Assembly (NCBI GenBank): GCA_051530055.1
Contig: CM121341.1
Location: 11,262,784-11,326,783, forward strand
Direction of reading: 5' to 3'
Source: Neoechinorhynchus agilis
Lineage: Eukaryota > Animalia > Acanthocephala
DNA: 64,000 bases
Part shown: in pieces, positions 25,279 to 38,251 of the stretch
Numbering within the stretch: the stretch's first letter is position 1
How the letters are laid out: each line of letters begins with the position of its first letter
The notes under the pieces: model-generated
Seen by the model: the letters and a program-made list of their open reading frames with translations, nothing else
Told to the model about the DNA's origin: nothing
Databases searched by the model: none
Position numbers and translations under genes: made by a program

Positions 25279-27198
25279 ATGAACCCGACAGACCATTGCC
25301 GTGCTACCTACTATAATGGAAACAAAAATAAAGGAAATTTAAAGTGTTCATGGACGACTATTTTACTGGTTTTTCTGCTTTTCTCAAGCTCTGCACACGG
25401 ATTATCACGGCAACAAAATGCGCCTGCTTGCAGGCGACACATGCGGGCTCACTTCCTCGAATGCTCCGGAATTACGAGCCAAACCCAGTATGAAGACGCC
25501 CTCGGATCTGTAGAGACCGGAAGCGAACACTTTACGCGATTCACCGGTCTCTCGGTTCACGTTCATCCGTTCGTAGGTCACCTCACTAGTCGAGCGTTCT
25601 CCTTTGAACATTTTCATCGGAAAAAAAATCAACTCGTCAACTCAACCTTCCTCAACCTTGAAGTCCTGAGGCTAACGAACGGCCGTTTAGCCGATGTGGA
25701 TCCGGATGCCTTTTCTCATTTCTGCTCGAGTCTCATACAACTCGATCTTTCGCTAAATTCACTCGTCAACATTCCCAGTGTTCAGTGTACTAATGAAGTA
25801 ATTCTAGAGGATCTAAACCTCACCGGCAATTCCATTAGTAGAGTTGAAGAATGGTCTCTGAAACCACTATATAAGCTCAAAACAATCGATCTTTCAAACA
25901 ATTCTCTTCAATTCATTTCACCTCAAGGAGCATTTGTTCATTCTAAATTCCTGCAGTCAATTTATCTCCATCGGAACTATCTTATGACCATCTCAGAATC
26001 CGCATTTCTGCCTTCGCGGAGACGAATTGATCGACTGACCCTCACTTATAACCGTTTAAACTGTGACTGTTCGCTCAGATGGCTGGTGCGGTTTCTCAAT
26101 TCTAACGTAAACGTAACTGATGAGCCACTTTGTCAAAACCCACCCAGTAAACGTCATTACTCTTCACTTAAACTCATGGACCCGTCCGAGTTTATATGTG
26201 AACCTTTGATGACCGGTCGGGCAATTAGTGGACAGCAAGTAGATGTGAAACTTGGTTCTCAAAAGGTAGATCCACGTGCTCGACCACTTTCTCAAACCGG
26301 CGAAGAAATTCTCGTATTTGATGGGGATAGACTCGTCCTCGAATGTCAAGTGTTTTCTAATCCCCATTCTCATGTATGGTGGACATTCAGGGATAGAACA
26401 ACGATCGGTAAAACACTCGAAGACGGTGGGGGACGCCCAACACGGCATACTATAATCCCCCGACAAAGTCCAGACGGATTTAATGTAAGCCTATCACTTA
26501 TAATTGATCCAGTCCTAATAGAAGACTCCGGCGTTTACAAATGTGTATCTTTACTTCAACTCAATTCTCGATCTTTGCACCCAACAGCTGAATCTTCACA
26601 ATTTCTCATAGAACAGCCAACATTCTTGCCCAGTTCGCTTTCAGTTAACGAAACGTTTTTGTTATTTGAAGTAAAAGTCAAATTAAAAAACCTTGGACGC
26701 GCTTATAATGCTACCTTATGGCTACTACTTATGTTCACGACTTTGGCGTTTTTGGGCGTTCTTGTGTTTTTGTTTATCTACAGAAATCGATTGAATTGTT
26801 TCAATACTAAGCACGAACTCGATGGTTGTTGTGATCGAAATGAAAAATTATCCGAATGTTGTGGAACTCCACTACTGAACGGCATATCGAATGGAGCAAC
26901 TGAATCAAATTATCTGGATAATAGTGCTGGTTTAGACATTGCTCTTGGGCCGCCGATGTATCAGGGTATTTCGACCACACTCGCAACTTATCAGGCATCG
27001 TCTCGGGACATGATACCGGAGATCGATATGAGCGGATATGAAGAAGATTACAGATTTACGGACGACATCTACCGTCCTGATCAACCGATTGATCCACGGC
27101 GGAAGGGAGTTAGAGGAGTAGGAGGTAGTAATGAAAATGAAGCGATTGGATTGCCCACGCTGGGCAATATCCGCATGATGAGCGAAACTGAACTGTAG
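25279..27198 (+). CDS. Type-I membrane LRR + Ig-domain protein (LRIG/LRIT/kekkon-like architecture), single exon
   Basis: Signal peptide, LRRs (LIQLDLSLNSL, LKTIDLSNNSL), LRRCT (NRLNCDCSLRWL...CQNP), Ig (LVLECQV...WTF...DSGVYKC), TM (LWLLLMFTTLAFLGVLVFLFIY) and cytoplasmic tail. Confidence 0.9.
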   Translation: MNPTDHCRATYYNGNKNKGNLKCSWTTILLVFLLFSSSAHGLSRQQNAPACRRHMRAHFLECSGITSQTQYEDALGSVETGSEHFTRFTGLSVHVHPFVGHLTSRAFSFEHFHRKKNQLVNSTFLNLEVLRLTNGRLADVDPDAFSHFCSSLIQLDLSLNSLVNIPSVQCTNEVILEDLNLTGNSISRVEEWSLKPLYKLKTIDLSNNSLQFISPQGAFVHSKFLQSIYLHRNYLMTISESAFLPSRRRIDRLTLTYNRLNCDCSLRWLVRFLNSNVNVTDEPLCQNPPSKRHYSSLKLMDPSEFICEPLMTGRAISGQQVDVKLGSQKVDPRARPLSQTGEEILVFDGDRLVLECQVFSNPHSHVWWTFRDRTTIGKTLEDGGGRPTRHTIIPRQSPDGFNVSLSLIIDPVLIEDSGVYKCVSLLQLNSRSLHPTAESSQFLIEQPTFLPSSLSVNETFLLFEVKVKLKNLGRAYNATLWLLLMFTTLAFLGVLVFLFIYRNRLNCFNTKHELDGCCDRNEKLSECCGTPLLNGISNGATESNYLDNSAGLDIALGPPMYQGISTTLATYQASSRDMIPEIDMSGYEEDYRFTDDIYRPDQPIDPRRKGVRGVGGSNENEAIGLPTLGNIRMMSETEL

Positions 27199-27811
27199 CG
27201 ACGACAGCGATGTCGTTGTTGCCCATAACTTGAATGTGAAAGTATAAGTAACATGTTCATTGTACATTAAGGACTAATTTTTACAGAATGTTGGAAGGGC
27301 ATGCGCTGTTTAGTGAAAGAATCTTTTATATAATTAGTCTACGCTTTGAAAATCTGTTTGAGAAGCAATCAGAAAATCAGTATCCTTTGGCAATATTCCA
27401 AATTTCAGACTGAGTATTTAATTATGCAAAGATTTCCGGCTTATGTTGGAGTCTCTCACTCCAGCAGCTACAAGTTAATGCACAACAAACTTAAACATTG
27501 AATATCCCCTAGCTTAATTTTTTAGTTGAATCCAATGTAATTTGCTCATATCGTTTAAGGTCCACTTTAAGATCCGATGCGTTGAATAAGCCAATAGCAT
27601 CGCTGGGTAGCTAGATCTAACTTGGATAGCGAAATCACACTCAAGTTGGTCACATAAAACGGCTACACCCGACAACTATGACCTTCAAAATTTAAATGCA
27701 GTCATCGTCCGACTTCGGTGGTACTCTTTTTAACTGTCCGCTTTATCACAAAGTGAGTATCTCTGAAGAATAGAAGATAGCGGGATTGGAGTTGACAGAT
27801 ATCGCAGGTGT

Positions 27812-28615
27812 TTGGGGTATCCGAATCTCGAGGCACTTCGATTAATCAAGACAAAAGTTAGTCATAGATTTCTCAATGAATGCATAATCAGACCTCTTTT
27901 GCTCGTAATCAACAATTATCCGGACGAATTCTCGCTCAATATAGCCGAACTCATTCGAGGAAATGCTGTTCAGCCTAACACAACAATCGTAATTGATCAA
28001 GACAATAATCCTAATTTATTACTGAGCCGTCCAAGTCCATTAGCCGTAAACACGTTGAAGAATATATCTCTAATGTTAACGCTATCCAAATGCCCAACTT
28101 GTCGCGACCACGAATTTCATTGGTTGTTAGCGCTTGCCCAACAAAGTCCATTTTCTACGATAAGGTGCAAAAACGGTAGCATATTAGTGAATTTACCATT
28201 TGTAACTCCCGAGGCAACCACCAATTTATTAAGTTCGAATGCTACTCAGAATCTGTCCAATCAAGCGTATCGATTCATTGTGTCCGAAGGATGCCACGAA
28301 CCGATTCCCATTTGGGTCGTATTTTTCATGTTTTTCTACGATTTTGTTCTTCTTCTCATCTGCCTGGCTCTTATCGCCCGAATCCGATCGATCGATGAAA
28401 CACGTAAGCGACTTAGAAGATATCGAAAGGAAAATACTGGCGAAGTGCAGTCTTCCACGAGGCCGCATGAGTCGCACTTTGAAGAATTGATAGAAAACGA
28501 TAAGGACGACAATCCATCTATAGGTTTAGGTACGATTCCAAGAAGACGAATACTCAAATCTTCTTCAGGAAATTCCTTTGATGACCAGGATGAAACTGAG
28601 TTGTATCATTTCTAA
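27812..28615 (+). CDS. Single-pass membrane protein with LRRCT-like cysteine pattern; 5' end unresolved
   Basis: 267-codon ORF containing KCPTCRDHEFHWLL...IRCKNG...GC, a TM (IWVVFFMFFYDFVLLLICLALIA) and a basic stop-transfer segment. It has no ATG start, so upstream exon(s) at ~27600-27800 are likely. Confidence 0.65.
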   Translation: MGYPNLEALRLIKTKVSHRFLNECIIRPLLLVINNYPDEFSLNIAELIRGNAVQPNTTIVIDQDNNPNLLLSRPSPLAVNTLKNISLMLTLSKCPTCRDHEFHWLLALAQQSPFSTIRCKNGSILVNLPFVTPEATTNLLSSNATQNLSNQAYRFIVSEGCHEPIPIWVVFFMFFYDFVLLLICLALIARIRSIDETRKRLRRYRKENTGEVQSSTRPHESHFEELIENDKDDNPSIGLGTIPRRRILKSSSGNSFDDQDETELYHF

Positions 28616-29949
28616 TAAAAGACACGGGTTGCAAATCTTTGGTTCGCTAAAAATCATCAGTGAAATCAAATGTTTTACAGCCTGCGTGACTTTGGATATT
28701 TTTTGTTTTAATAATCTAATCCCTGCCCTTCTTAGTTAATTTATCAGATAGTCACAGTCCACAAATTGGGATTCGGTTAATTAATCCATAGGCGAAAAAC
28801 AAACGAGTTCATATGCAAGGTTTCAGAAATAAGTACTCTCCATTTAAGTGAGTGACACAAGACTACTAAGGAAGTAATTTTGACATCTATTGAGCGTGCC
28901 GGGATTATTAAAGGAAATATATTATGGCTTGTCGCCGTTAACATTATGTAAGTGAAACTGCACTTTGTATGCCTTTAACAACCCTCTTGAATGCATAATC
29001 ATAATCGGATTTAATAAAAAAATAGTCTTTTTTAATTGAATATAATAAGAACGCAATCAACATGTTGTGACTTTGATATAAAAAGCGAGGACAAAGGATT
29101 AGAGCATATAAAAATCCAAAATCTTTTTAGTATGCTTATTAAACAAGTTAGCTATATTTGCATGGTTTTCTCATGTGGAGGACAATTGGTATCCTATCGA
29201 GATTTGGAGTGCAAGGAATGAAGTAGGAAATATTCAGAATTTCATACAACGTTTTACGGAGTAGTCACTCTTGCATAAAAAATATATAGGCAATTCAAAT
29301 GAAAAAAGCGATGATTGACGTTAACGGACAAAAATTGTCAGCAACTTAAATTAGAAACTCCGAATTATGTCCTTTTGTGCAGAAACAATGCATCCTTAGT
29401 GAGTTATAGTCTCTAAGGATTTAGAAGGCTGATTCGCATTGCGTTCTTAAAATCGTTTCCTTGGTTCTCTTTCATTCGCACTCATTGCAAAGAGCTTTCT
29501 CAAAAGGCTTTTGCCCTATACTCATTACATGTAGGCTGCCTATGTATAAACTGGACACTAAGTAAATGATTGTATTCAACATAGGTTTGTATTTGTTATT
29601 TTCAAGGACAAAAATCAATCATAGATTTAGCCAATCGTATTTTTAACAGTGCAATGTACATAATCTTGTCTCAAGTGCAGAAAATATCGATATTTTACAT
29701 AGGGATTTTTCCCTATATTTTAGGATGTCATTCCCTTTGGGTACCCTAATTCTCCTATAATTCTAGCATCGATTAAGCCTCGAAAGCATAGGAACCATTG
29801 AATTGTATTGATCGCATTTAACCACCACTGCCTATAGGTAGACTAAATGCTAAAATAATTTAACTAGACAATCACAACGATTTAAAACACTTTATTATTG
29901 CTAATACTTATGCCCCACGACTTCTAAGCAATTTTAATTTTGCAACGAT

Positions 29950-30535
29950 GCAAAATAGCTGCCGGGAAGTTATTGGGAGTAATTCAAAATATTAACCCCA
30001 TCACTCAAAGTAGTTACAAATCCCTCATCTTTAATAATTCTTATGCTTAAACACTTTATTGGAGTTTAAACATTGTTAACTACGCAAAATAACTGCCTGG
30101 GAGCAGTTCCAAAAATTAATCCTATCGCTTAAAGTAGTTGCCAATCCTTTTTTTACAAATTCTTAGGCTTAAACACTTCATTGCAGTTTAAACACTGTTA
30201 AATACGAAAAATAACTGCCTGGGAGTAATGAAAAATACTAATCCCATCGCTCAAAGTAGTTGTAAATCCCTTATCTTTCAAATTCTTATGCATAAACACT
30301 TCATTGGAGTTTAAACATTTTCAGATACGCCAAATAACTGCCTGTAAGTAGTTCCAAAAATTAATCCCATCGATCAAAGTAGTTGCAAATCCCCTATCTT
30401 TCAAATTCTTATGCTTAAGCACTTTATTCGAGTTTAAACATTGGTAACTACGCCAAATAGCTGCCTGGGAGTAGTTCCAAAAATTAATCCTATCACTCAA
30501 AGTGGCTTTTTTACTAATACTTATTCCTCGGACTT
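29950..30535 (+). repeat. ~120-bp tandem repeat, ~4.5 diverged units
   Basis: Recurrent AATAACTGCCTGGGAGTAGTTCCAAAAATTAATCC...CAAAGTAGTTG.AAATCCC...TTAAACAC. Confidence 0.8.
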
Positions 30536-31841
30536 CTACGAAATACAAAAAGCGCGAAACTACTTGATGGGTACGATTTAGTAAATTAATTCTATCACAA
30601 AATGTTGCTACTAATTCGTCATCTTTTTCGATACTTACTGCTAAGACTTTTACGGAATAAAAAGTTAAAAAATGCGAAAACCTTACCCCAAGGCGAAAAT
30701 ACGTTGACTACTTTCCAACAATTTTATTTTTCTCGTCGAAATCTTTTTCGTCAAATTTAAATTTTTACAAATTACTACTGATTTTAATCAATGAGATTAA
30801 ATTATTATATTTTTAGATGTGGATTTTAGGAAAAACCTTGAATTTTTATTACGTTAAAGGAACTCAACTAACAAAAATATCTCAATTTCTAAATGTCCAA
30901 TAAATCATAATCAATACAAGACCATTCGTTCTTTACTTAAATCTCGGGGATTATATGGAGAACAACTGACTAAAGCGTACAGATTTACTTAAAAATTGAA
31001 TTGTTGTTTAAAGACCCTCTCCTTTCAAGTAATTCGATTTATGGAAGGGTGCCGGTATGCCTTACAGCCATCATTTGGATATAGACTATAACGAAAACCG
31101 GGGCACGCAGTTGTGAATTCACCCCCCATGATATTAATCTGATCAATAACATCACTATATTCTTTTCACGAAGTCTGAGCTACATTTGTTTCAAGAACAT
31201 CACTTGAGAACAAATCCTCTTAAAAAAACCACTTGTGCACTTCTATATCTCCTCGCTATCAACAGTCACTTTTGGTTTTGTGACATTAAATGCCTGGCGA
31301 TTTCGAAATCTTTGTAAAAAAACAGTGGAAACTAACTCTATTACGACGAAGAAAATAAAACCTCAATGTTTGAAAATTAACTTGTTTATATTGGTTGTTT
31401 TCGGACGGAGAAATTGAAATGATTTCATTTTAAAATCCGATATTTCGGCACAGTCTGGTGCCTTTATCAAGGTTGCTTGAAAGTTTTTAACCTTTATAAA
31501 GGTACAAGATTGTTTCGAAATGTCAGATTTTAAAATAAAATCATTTTATAAGTTTAATATTGCACTCTGACTACTTCTTTCAAAATTTCTCTCTAACTAT
31601 CGAACCTGTAATTCTTCGTTCAATTTAACATTCGAAAAATGTATCGGGTTACATGAACAAAACGGTCTAAATTCTTGAGTTTCTTATCTGCCCATATTAT
31701 TGATTTTGATCCGTGCATTTTTCGGTGTAGGGAATATCTTACTTGTCAACTCCCAATGTACCATAATTTGCACGAAACAACTCCTTTTCATCGTACTTTG
31801 AAACATACGACCTTTTATAATCCACCATCACTGTATCCATT

Positions 31842-33598
31842 ATGCTTTTAGAATCTGCTACGGCTCATCAAGCGACGTTGCCAACAACGGACTCTACAAC
31901 TTCAACTCATATCAATGTCTCACTTTTATGCTCACTCACCCAAGAGATTGGCATATTCTCGCACATAATCGGCCCATGCGCAATTATTTTCTCATCAATA
32001 TTCGGAATATTTACCGTCATTCTGGGAATCAATCTGTTCAATCGGAATCTTCATTATGTGGGACAATGCATAATAATCCTTGGAATCTGTAACATCAGCT
32101 TCACTCTAAGTGGAATTGTACCCTTGTATCTGTCTGATGCTTTACATTTACGAGTCAAAACAACAACAGTGTTCGCTTGTGCGACAATTAACTTCTTATT
32201 CGACGTGAGTCTCTAAATGTTCATCCTTCGGGGACGAGGTTGGGGAGTTGAACATCTTATTTTTTAAACGTGCCAAATTTGCCTACTAAATATTCATTTT
32301 CTACCATAAGCAGTACCATTTGACAGCCCTCCGAAATCATAAAGACCAACCTAGCGGTAAGAGGTAATTGATAGTCTTCATTGCGTTCCCGTCTGAGATT
32401 TCCTAGCCTTGAAGTTTGCTTTTGGTCGGGCGAAATAAAGAAAAACGATTTAATTTTAATTTGATATTTCGTGTCTTCGACGCGTGTGACTTTTCAGAAT
32501 TGTATGAAATATTTAGCGAGGAAGCCTCGCCTCATCAGTATGATTGATTTTCACAATAATAAAAGAATCTTGAACCGGAATTATTTTCACCACCATCAAA
32601 TATTTACCTTCACGGAGGGTCGTCTTGATATGTTTTCTTCAGAATTGTTTCCCAATTTAGTTTGTTCCACGTAGAGGACAAAATGTAAAATTAAATCATT
32701 TTTCTTTATTTCGACTGACCAAGAACTACAATTTCCCTAAGTAAACATTTAATTGCGCATTCAATAAAAATTGAAACTAAGCCCATAGGCAAACGGTGAA
32801 ATATTAAGAATAACGTTTATATCGATTGAAAGTGCTCGACACAATCTTAAACAAGATTTGTGGTTTAAGCCAAGAAAAAATAGACCAGCTTTAAACACCA
32901 TCCCCTAAGGCAACACCCACATGATTCACGTGATGTTTTTAACGATATCTCTCGAAGCTCTAATGATCACAATGAAGTCCGGATTCAATCGAACTGTCAA
33001 TCTAGTCCACGCTGTGGTGTTCGTCACTATTGTCCTAATCAACTGCCCGCATGTATTCTTTTCGGCCATAACTAACTGGCCTAGAAGGTACATCCATCCA
33101 AGTTATGATATTGAGAGTAACGAGAAATGCTACACTGGACATTTTGAGACCTGCTCGCAGGTAGGCATATTCTCTGTGGTTCGATGGGTGGTTCCAGCTA
33201 TTTTGTGTGGACTTTGTCCTCTGATAGCAATGCTAATTTATGTCATTCTCTTGATAATAAAGAACGCCTGGACTGTCCGATACTCAATCACTACTAAGAA
33301 ACTTCGACGACAGTTGAGATCCGTGTCGGCGTTGTCCATGCTTAACGGGCTCATTATTCTGTTCGGACTATATCCCGTCTACTTATTGGAGGCAATGGCC
33401 AATTCGAAAAGGTTCACTCCATCTACAAGGCTCAGTGTAGCAAAAGCTCTTCATTATGTGAGGTATTTCTCTTTTTCGACACCGACGATATCGTCTTTGG
33501 TACTCGTGTGTTCCGATACCCGCATGAAGAGGTCATCCATCAAAATGATTACCGGAAAAAGCCAAATACGTAAACAGAATCATGCAAATGACCGATAA
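31842..33598 (+). CDS. Divergent class-A GPCR-like 7-TM protein (2 exons)
   Basis: Exon 1 (31842-32206) has an N-terminal NVS sequon, TM1-2 and the ECL1 Cys. Exon 2 (from ~32909) has TM3 ending LEAL (ERY position) and TM4-7 with NCPH, LCPL and LYP prolines. The junction phase is irregular (see findings). Confidence 0.7.
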
Positions 33599-34769
33599 TT
33601 GACAAGCGGGCTCAAACGAACGAGATCCCCTCTCCTATAGTGAAGAACATTAAAAGATTTTAACTCTACGCTCGATCGGAATTGGGAGCAACTAAGATTT
33701 TATAGCAAAATTAGGAATTCTCTTTAGCGGAATGTGAACATTTTGATATGTAGGTCCTTTTCGAGTGTCTACTCGGAACACGTAGCGTCATGTCTCACAC
33801 ATTTGACTGTCCATCAATCCCGAAACGCTCGCAGTACAACGAGGCAATGCTGCTTGCTTATAGCTACAGCCGAGGAAGGAGAGAAGCTCCGATTTTGCGG
33901 ACGGTGGCGATTGCACGTTTTGTACTTTATTATGTTATGTATATTTAGTGATATGGAGATTAATTTATTAATTCCCATTCACACAATATTTCGTCCGTCT
34001 CGTCGGTCTTCTTCAGGTCTAAAAGTAACTCAGGATCGCTTTATTCTGTGTTTTAGCCTACAATCTACCTTAGTTGACTCGAATGTATTTCAATGGTTAA
34101 TGTGCACTGCTTCAACGATCACTTCGCACACTTAAAGAACATAGGTTTGATGAGCCGCCTAAATAATCTGTCAATATCGGGTCATTTGTATTTGATTTCC
34201 ACGATGCTTTACTATCAATTTACACCGTCCTTTATATATTTGAGCTTGATTGCCCCTATCGTTGGCGTTTCCCCGCCTTAAAACGTTTTTAGTAACAACC
34301 ACTAGTTGCCTAGATTTAAGATATTTTATTTAAATGGCTACTGTGAACATTGTACCTCCGTACCATAAAGTATTGAATATTAAAGTTGATAGATTTTGTT
34401 ATTTCCCTTTTTGGATAGTTGTTGCTTAAAGACTTTTATGTCTCTCTTCGTTTGAGTATTTAAGCGATATTGTGAGATGGGCCGAACGGCAGCAACCATA
34501 TCGATCACCAGGAACACATTAATTCCTTGAGTCAACAAATCATCTTGCGGTTTAGTCACGTTTTATTGATTTTTGTGTTTAAGAAATTAGACCTATGTAC
34601 CTTTGGGTCCTCATAAACACACAGATATTCTGTTTTTTGGTATGTCCCCGTTCGGATGGGAATGTCCGTTCGAGTGGAAATATCGGGTGGGAATACCAGG
34701 TCTTGTTATATCCGTTCTAGTGGGAATTGACGGATATTATTTGCAGGCGCGCTTGTAAGGTTGGTCTTT

Positions 34770-35680
34770 CCTCAGGTTCATTTCAGGTTATGATATCTGA
34801 GAAGATTGCGCAGCATGGAAAAAGGAGCGTAAGTATAGTGAGTTGCGAGGTCAAAGGAGGATGAAACGAATTAGGATTACGAATGTTGTTTCCGTGTGAA
34901 AAGGGAGCGATATGTGGAAGAAATTGTGGTGGTAGGGTTAATAGGCGTTTTGTTTAGTTTGTGAAAATAGTATCAAGGCATTCAGAGAGAGTGGAAAGTC
35001 AGCTTTGCAAATTTTAGATACTCTTTTATGAAGGATTTCAAGACGACGGATTTGAGATTTGTATAGGTTGCAGAAGACGGGATAACCGTAGGTGAGGGAA
35101 GGTAAAATAAGGCAGAAGTAAAATTTGGAACCATCAGGTGAAGGGATTCCTAAATGTCGGAGGCGTCTGAGGATATAAATTTTAAAGGTGTTGAGCTTGA
35201 GGGCGAGAGTGATGTGTGAGTCCTATTTCAAGTTTTATTGAAATTGGAGACCCAGAATTCTTAGGGAGGTTACTCGTAGGATGTCATTTAAAAGCTCGAG
35301 GTAGAATGTGGGGTTGTGGAAGATTGAAGGGATCATTTCGAAGCATTTAGAGAAATTTGAGTGGTGTTTGTGATTGGTGCAGAAATCTTTCATGTGTGTG
35401 ATTTCGCTAGAGGTTAAGGAGAGGGAGGTGGGGCGGTGATTGAGTGATGAGGGTGAGATCGTCGCCAGGCCGTTTAGGAAAATATTAAAGAGAAGTGGTG
35501 ACAACATATGCGCCTTTGGTGAGGAATAGGCTGATAAAGGAGGTAGAACGGTAGTGAATGTACTGTTTGCGATTGTGAAGATAAGTTTGAGCCAGCGGAT
35601 CTGAATCGACGTAGTCTTATTCCTTAAGTATAAAATTCGAATAAAAGACTGACGTACGTTCCTGACCCCCTGCTTCATAA
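34770..35680 (-). mobile_element. Decayed LINE reverse-transcriptase fragment
   Basis: MLSPLLFNIFLNGL and LRILGLQF...HI...ILRRLRHLG resemble non-LTR RT and thumb motifs. Multiple stops are present. Confidence 0.6.
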
Positions 35681-35783
35681 ATTTTTGCTTTATTTTTCAC
35701 AGTTATCCAATTGTGCCAGTACGCTCCTTAGAGAGATCAATTTGACTTCACAGGCAGGACCAAACATAGAGAAAAATTAGAAT

Positions 35784-38046
35784 TTATTTTTTCATTGGAT
35801 ACATCTCCATAAGTCGGCTCCATTCAACATTTCCGTTAACTGCATCGAGGAGGATTTTCGTAAGATCAGATAGCTTAACTCTAATCTGCTGCATGGTATC
35901 GCGCTGCCTGATTGTGCAGTCGCGTTGTTTGAGAGAATCAAAATCGATTGTTATACCGTACGGGATTCCGATTTCATCACATCTAGCATATCTTTTGCCG
36001 ATTGAAGCCGATGAAGATCGTTCAACTCGGTGAGCGATTCCTGATTTTTTCAACAAAGTCGATACCTCTTCACATAGTTCAAACAAAGAGTTTTGACCGC
36101 TAAGGGGCAAAACTGTACATATGTAAGGAGCTACTGTATTAGGAAGAGTAAAATACGGATGATCTCTTTTCCGTCAAAGTAACCCTCAAAGAGATCCTTC
36201 TTTAAACTCTTTGAACATCGTCAGGTCGGACCCGAATATTATGTTCCCATATGCAATACAGTATGCGACCAATTCCAAACGATGGTTCAATCACAGATGG
36301 AACAAATTCTTCGATTTCAATTCTACGCGTTCGTTTCGTCACGGTAATCATTTCCTTTTTTAGTTCAACTTCAGAATCTAAAAGGTTCAATTTTACCATT
36401 TCGCCTTCGTTCATTTCAAAGATTTCCTTGAGTCGGTTTTGCTTCATTCGAGACAGTAGACGACAAATCTCTTGCGCTTTGCTTTTAAATGCAATTCCAA
36501 TTGTTTTACGATCAAAATTGACATCGTAGACTTCCACGTCGCGTGGTGGATTAATGAATCGTTCGGCGACTAAGTCGGTTTCAGTAGCCTTCGAGTGTTG
36601 ATTGAGGTCGTAGCATGAACGATCTGCGCATCCAACACATTCTACCCAACCCTTAAAAGGTAAGAATGAGATTTATTGATGTTTAACGGTCTTGCAGGAT
36701 ACTATGGGATATTAGGAAAAGAGTGAACTTGCCTAGCTCGAAAAGCTTTCGTTGAAGAAGAGATCGTCATATGAATTACTCTCAAACACTTTTACTTTAA
36801 GGTTAGCAAATTTTTTAGAAGCCTGCCTTAATTTTTTCTTATCAACAGGTCACGATCAACGACTTCGATCACAAATAAGCTTACTGAATTTTTTCAGCCA
36901 TTAATCAAATACAAGTTACTGAATAGTGGTTAATATTGCTGAGTCTTAATGGGTAATTAGTGAAAATTAAGATAAATTGAACTTAGAAGCATCCCCGTCT
37001 TGGATAGTACAAGTACTTACGTAACTCGATAAGCACTCAGCGTCCCAACAATCACAGGCATAATGAGCCATTTCATTTGACAAATGCTGCCTGAATCTTA
37101 ATTTATCTGGATCTATTCCACATTTAGTAAGAAACATATCGATCCGAGTCATAAAGTAAGCTAATGTTTCATTGTCAATGCATTTCTGCGGACCGTAAAC
37201 AGCGTCCCGTACAGTCAGCCGTATAACCTTTGATCCGGATAGCTGTTCCGATCGTGGAAATAGTGTAAGGAGATGTTCAGCTATTTGGTCAAATTTCGGA
37301 TGCTTGGATTTTAAGCGTGGATCCACAAAGTGCTCGATTTCAGCCATTGGGAATTCTCTGACTCTTAAAAGACCTGACCTTGGTGCAATTTCATTTCTGA
37401 ACGAGTATCCGATTTGGGCGGCCGCAAAAGGCAGTCGGCCTTGGTTAAATGAGAGAAGTCTTTTGAAATTCACAAATATTCCTTGAGCAGTTTCAGGGCG
37501 CAAGTAGCATCTATGGAGACCTGTTGCACCGAGCATTGTACCGAACATTAGATTAAACTCAACAGGTTGACTAAGTGGGTTACCGGCAGGCGACAAAACT
37601 CCAAACTTCTCAATCATGTGAGCTAAATCATCTTTCTTTGCATCGTTCACTCTCAACAAGGCATTGTCAATGTCTTCAATTGATACTCCATTTTTCAACT
37701 TTCCAGTCTGCTTCATTTGTATCAAATGTTCTTCGATTAAATGATCAGCCCTAAAAAAATCTCCTTTGATACTATCATTGACCATATAATCACAGAAACG
37801 TTCAACGTGGCCACTGGCCTGCAAAACTGGCTCGGGTGTCAGCATCGATGTTTCAACTTCCAACATTTGTTCTTCAATAACAAAATGGTGGCGCCATTCG
37901 TCCAGGAGATTCGCTTTTGTCGAACATCCAATCGGACCGAAATCATAAAGACCACTGACTCCGCCGTACAACTCAAATGATTGGGCAACGAAAAATCGTC
38001 TCTTTAATGTGTCCTCTATCGTCTTTCGGTCAGGAATGCTTTGCAT
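35784..38046 (-). CDS. GARS1: Glycyl-tRNA synthetase (eukaryotic alpha2 type)
   Basis: LKRRFF...YGGVSGLYDFGP, LRPETAQGIF, FRNEIAPRSGLLRVREF, VIEPSFGIGRI and YARCDEIGIPYGITIDF. Exons 38046-37021, 36651-36204 and 36154-35784; the second interruption is non-canonical. No WHEP domain was found. Confidence 0.95.
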
Positions 38047-38251
38047 GCCCCGCTCCTTAAAGAGAATTTGTGTGAACTTTAATAAATTTAGTGGAATCGA
38101 TCATGTAAAGGTGAAAATGGTACTTTAAATCTAAAAAAGAACATGCAATAATCGAACTGTTAATTGAGCGATCGGTTTTAGAAAAAAGGTAAAACCGATC
38201 AATTTTGCCGATCGCTTCTATTGTAGTCGTCCAGTTCCGCTTATCCCATCA

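Noticed and set aside
36155-36207. Fritillaria-type register (cut one base after the TA, ends AC/AT) for all inserts
   Set aside because: In GlyRS it leaves an in-frame TAA, and the 5' ends are not uniformly AG.
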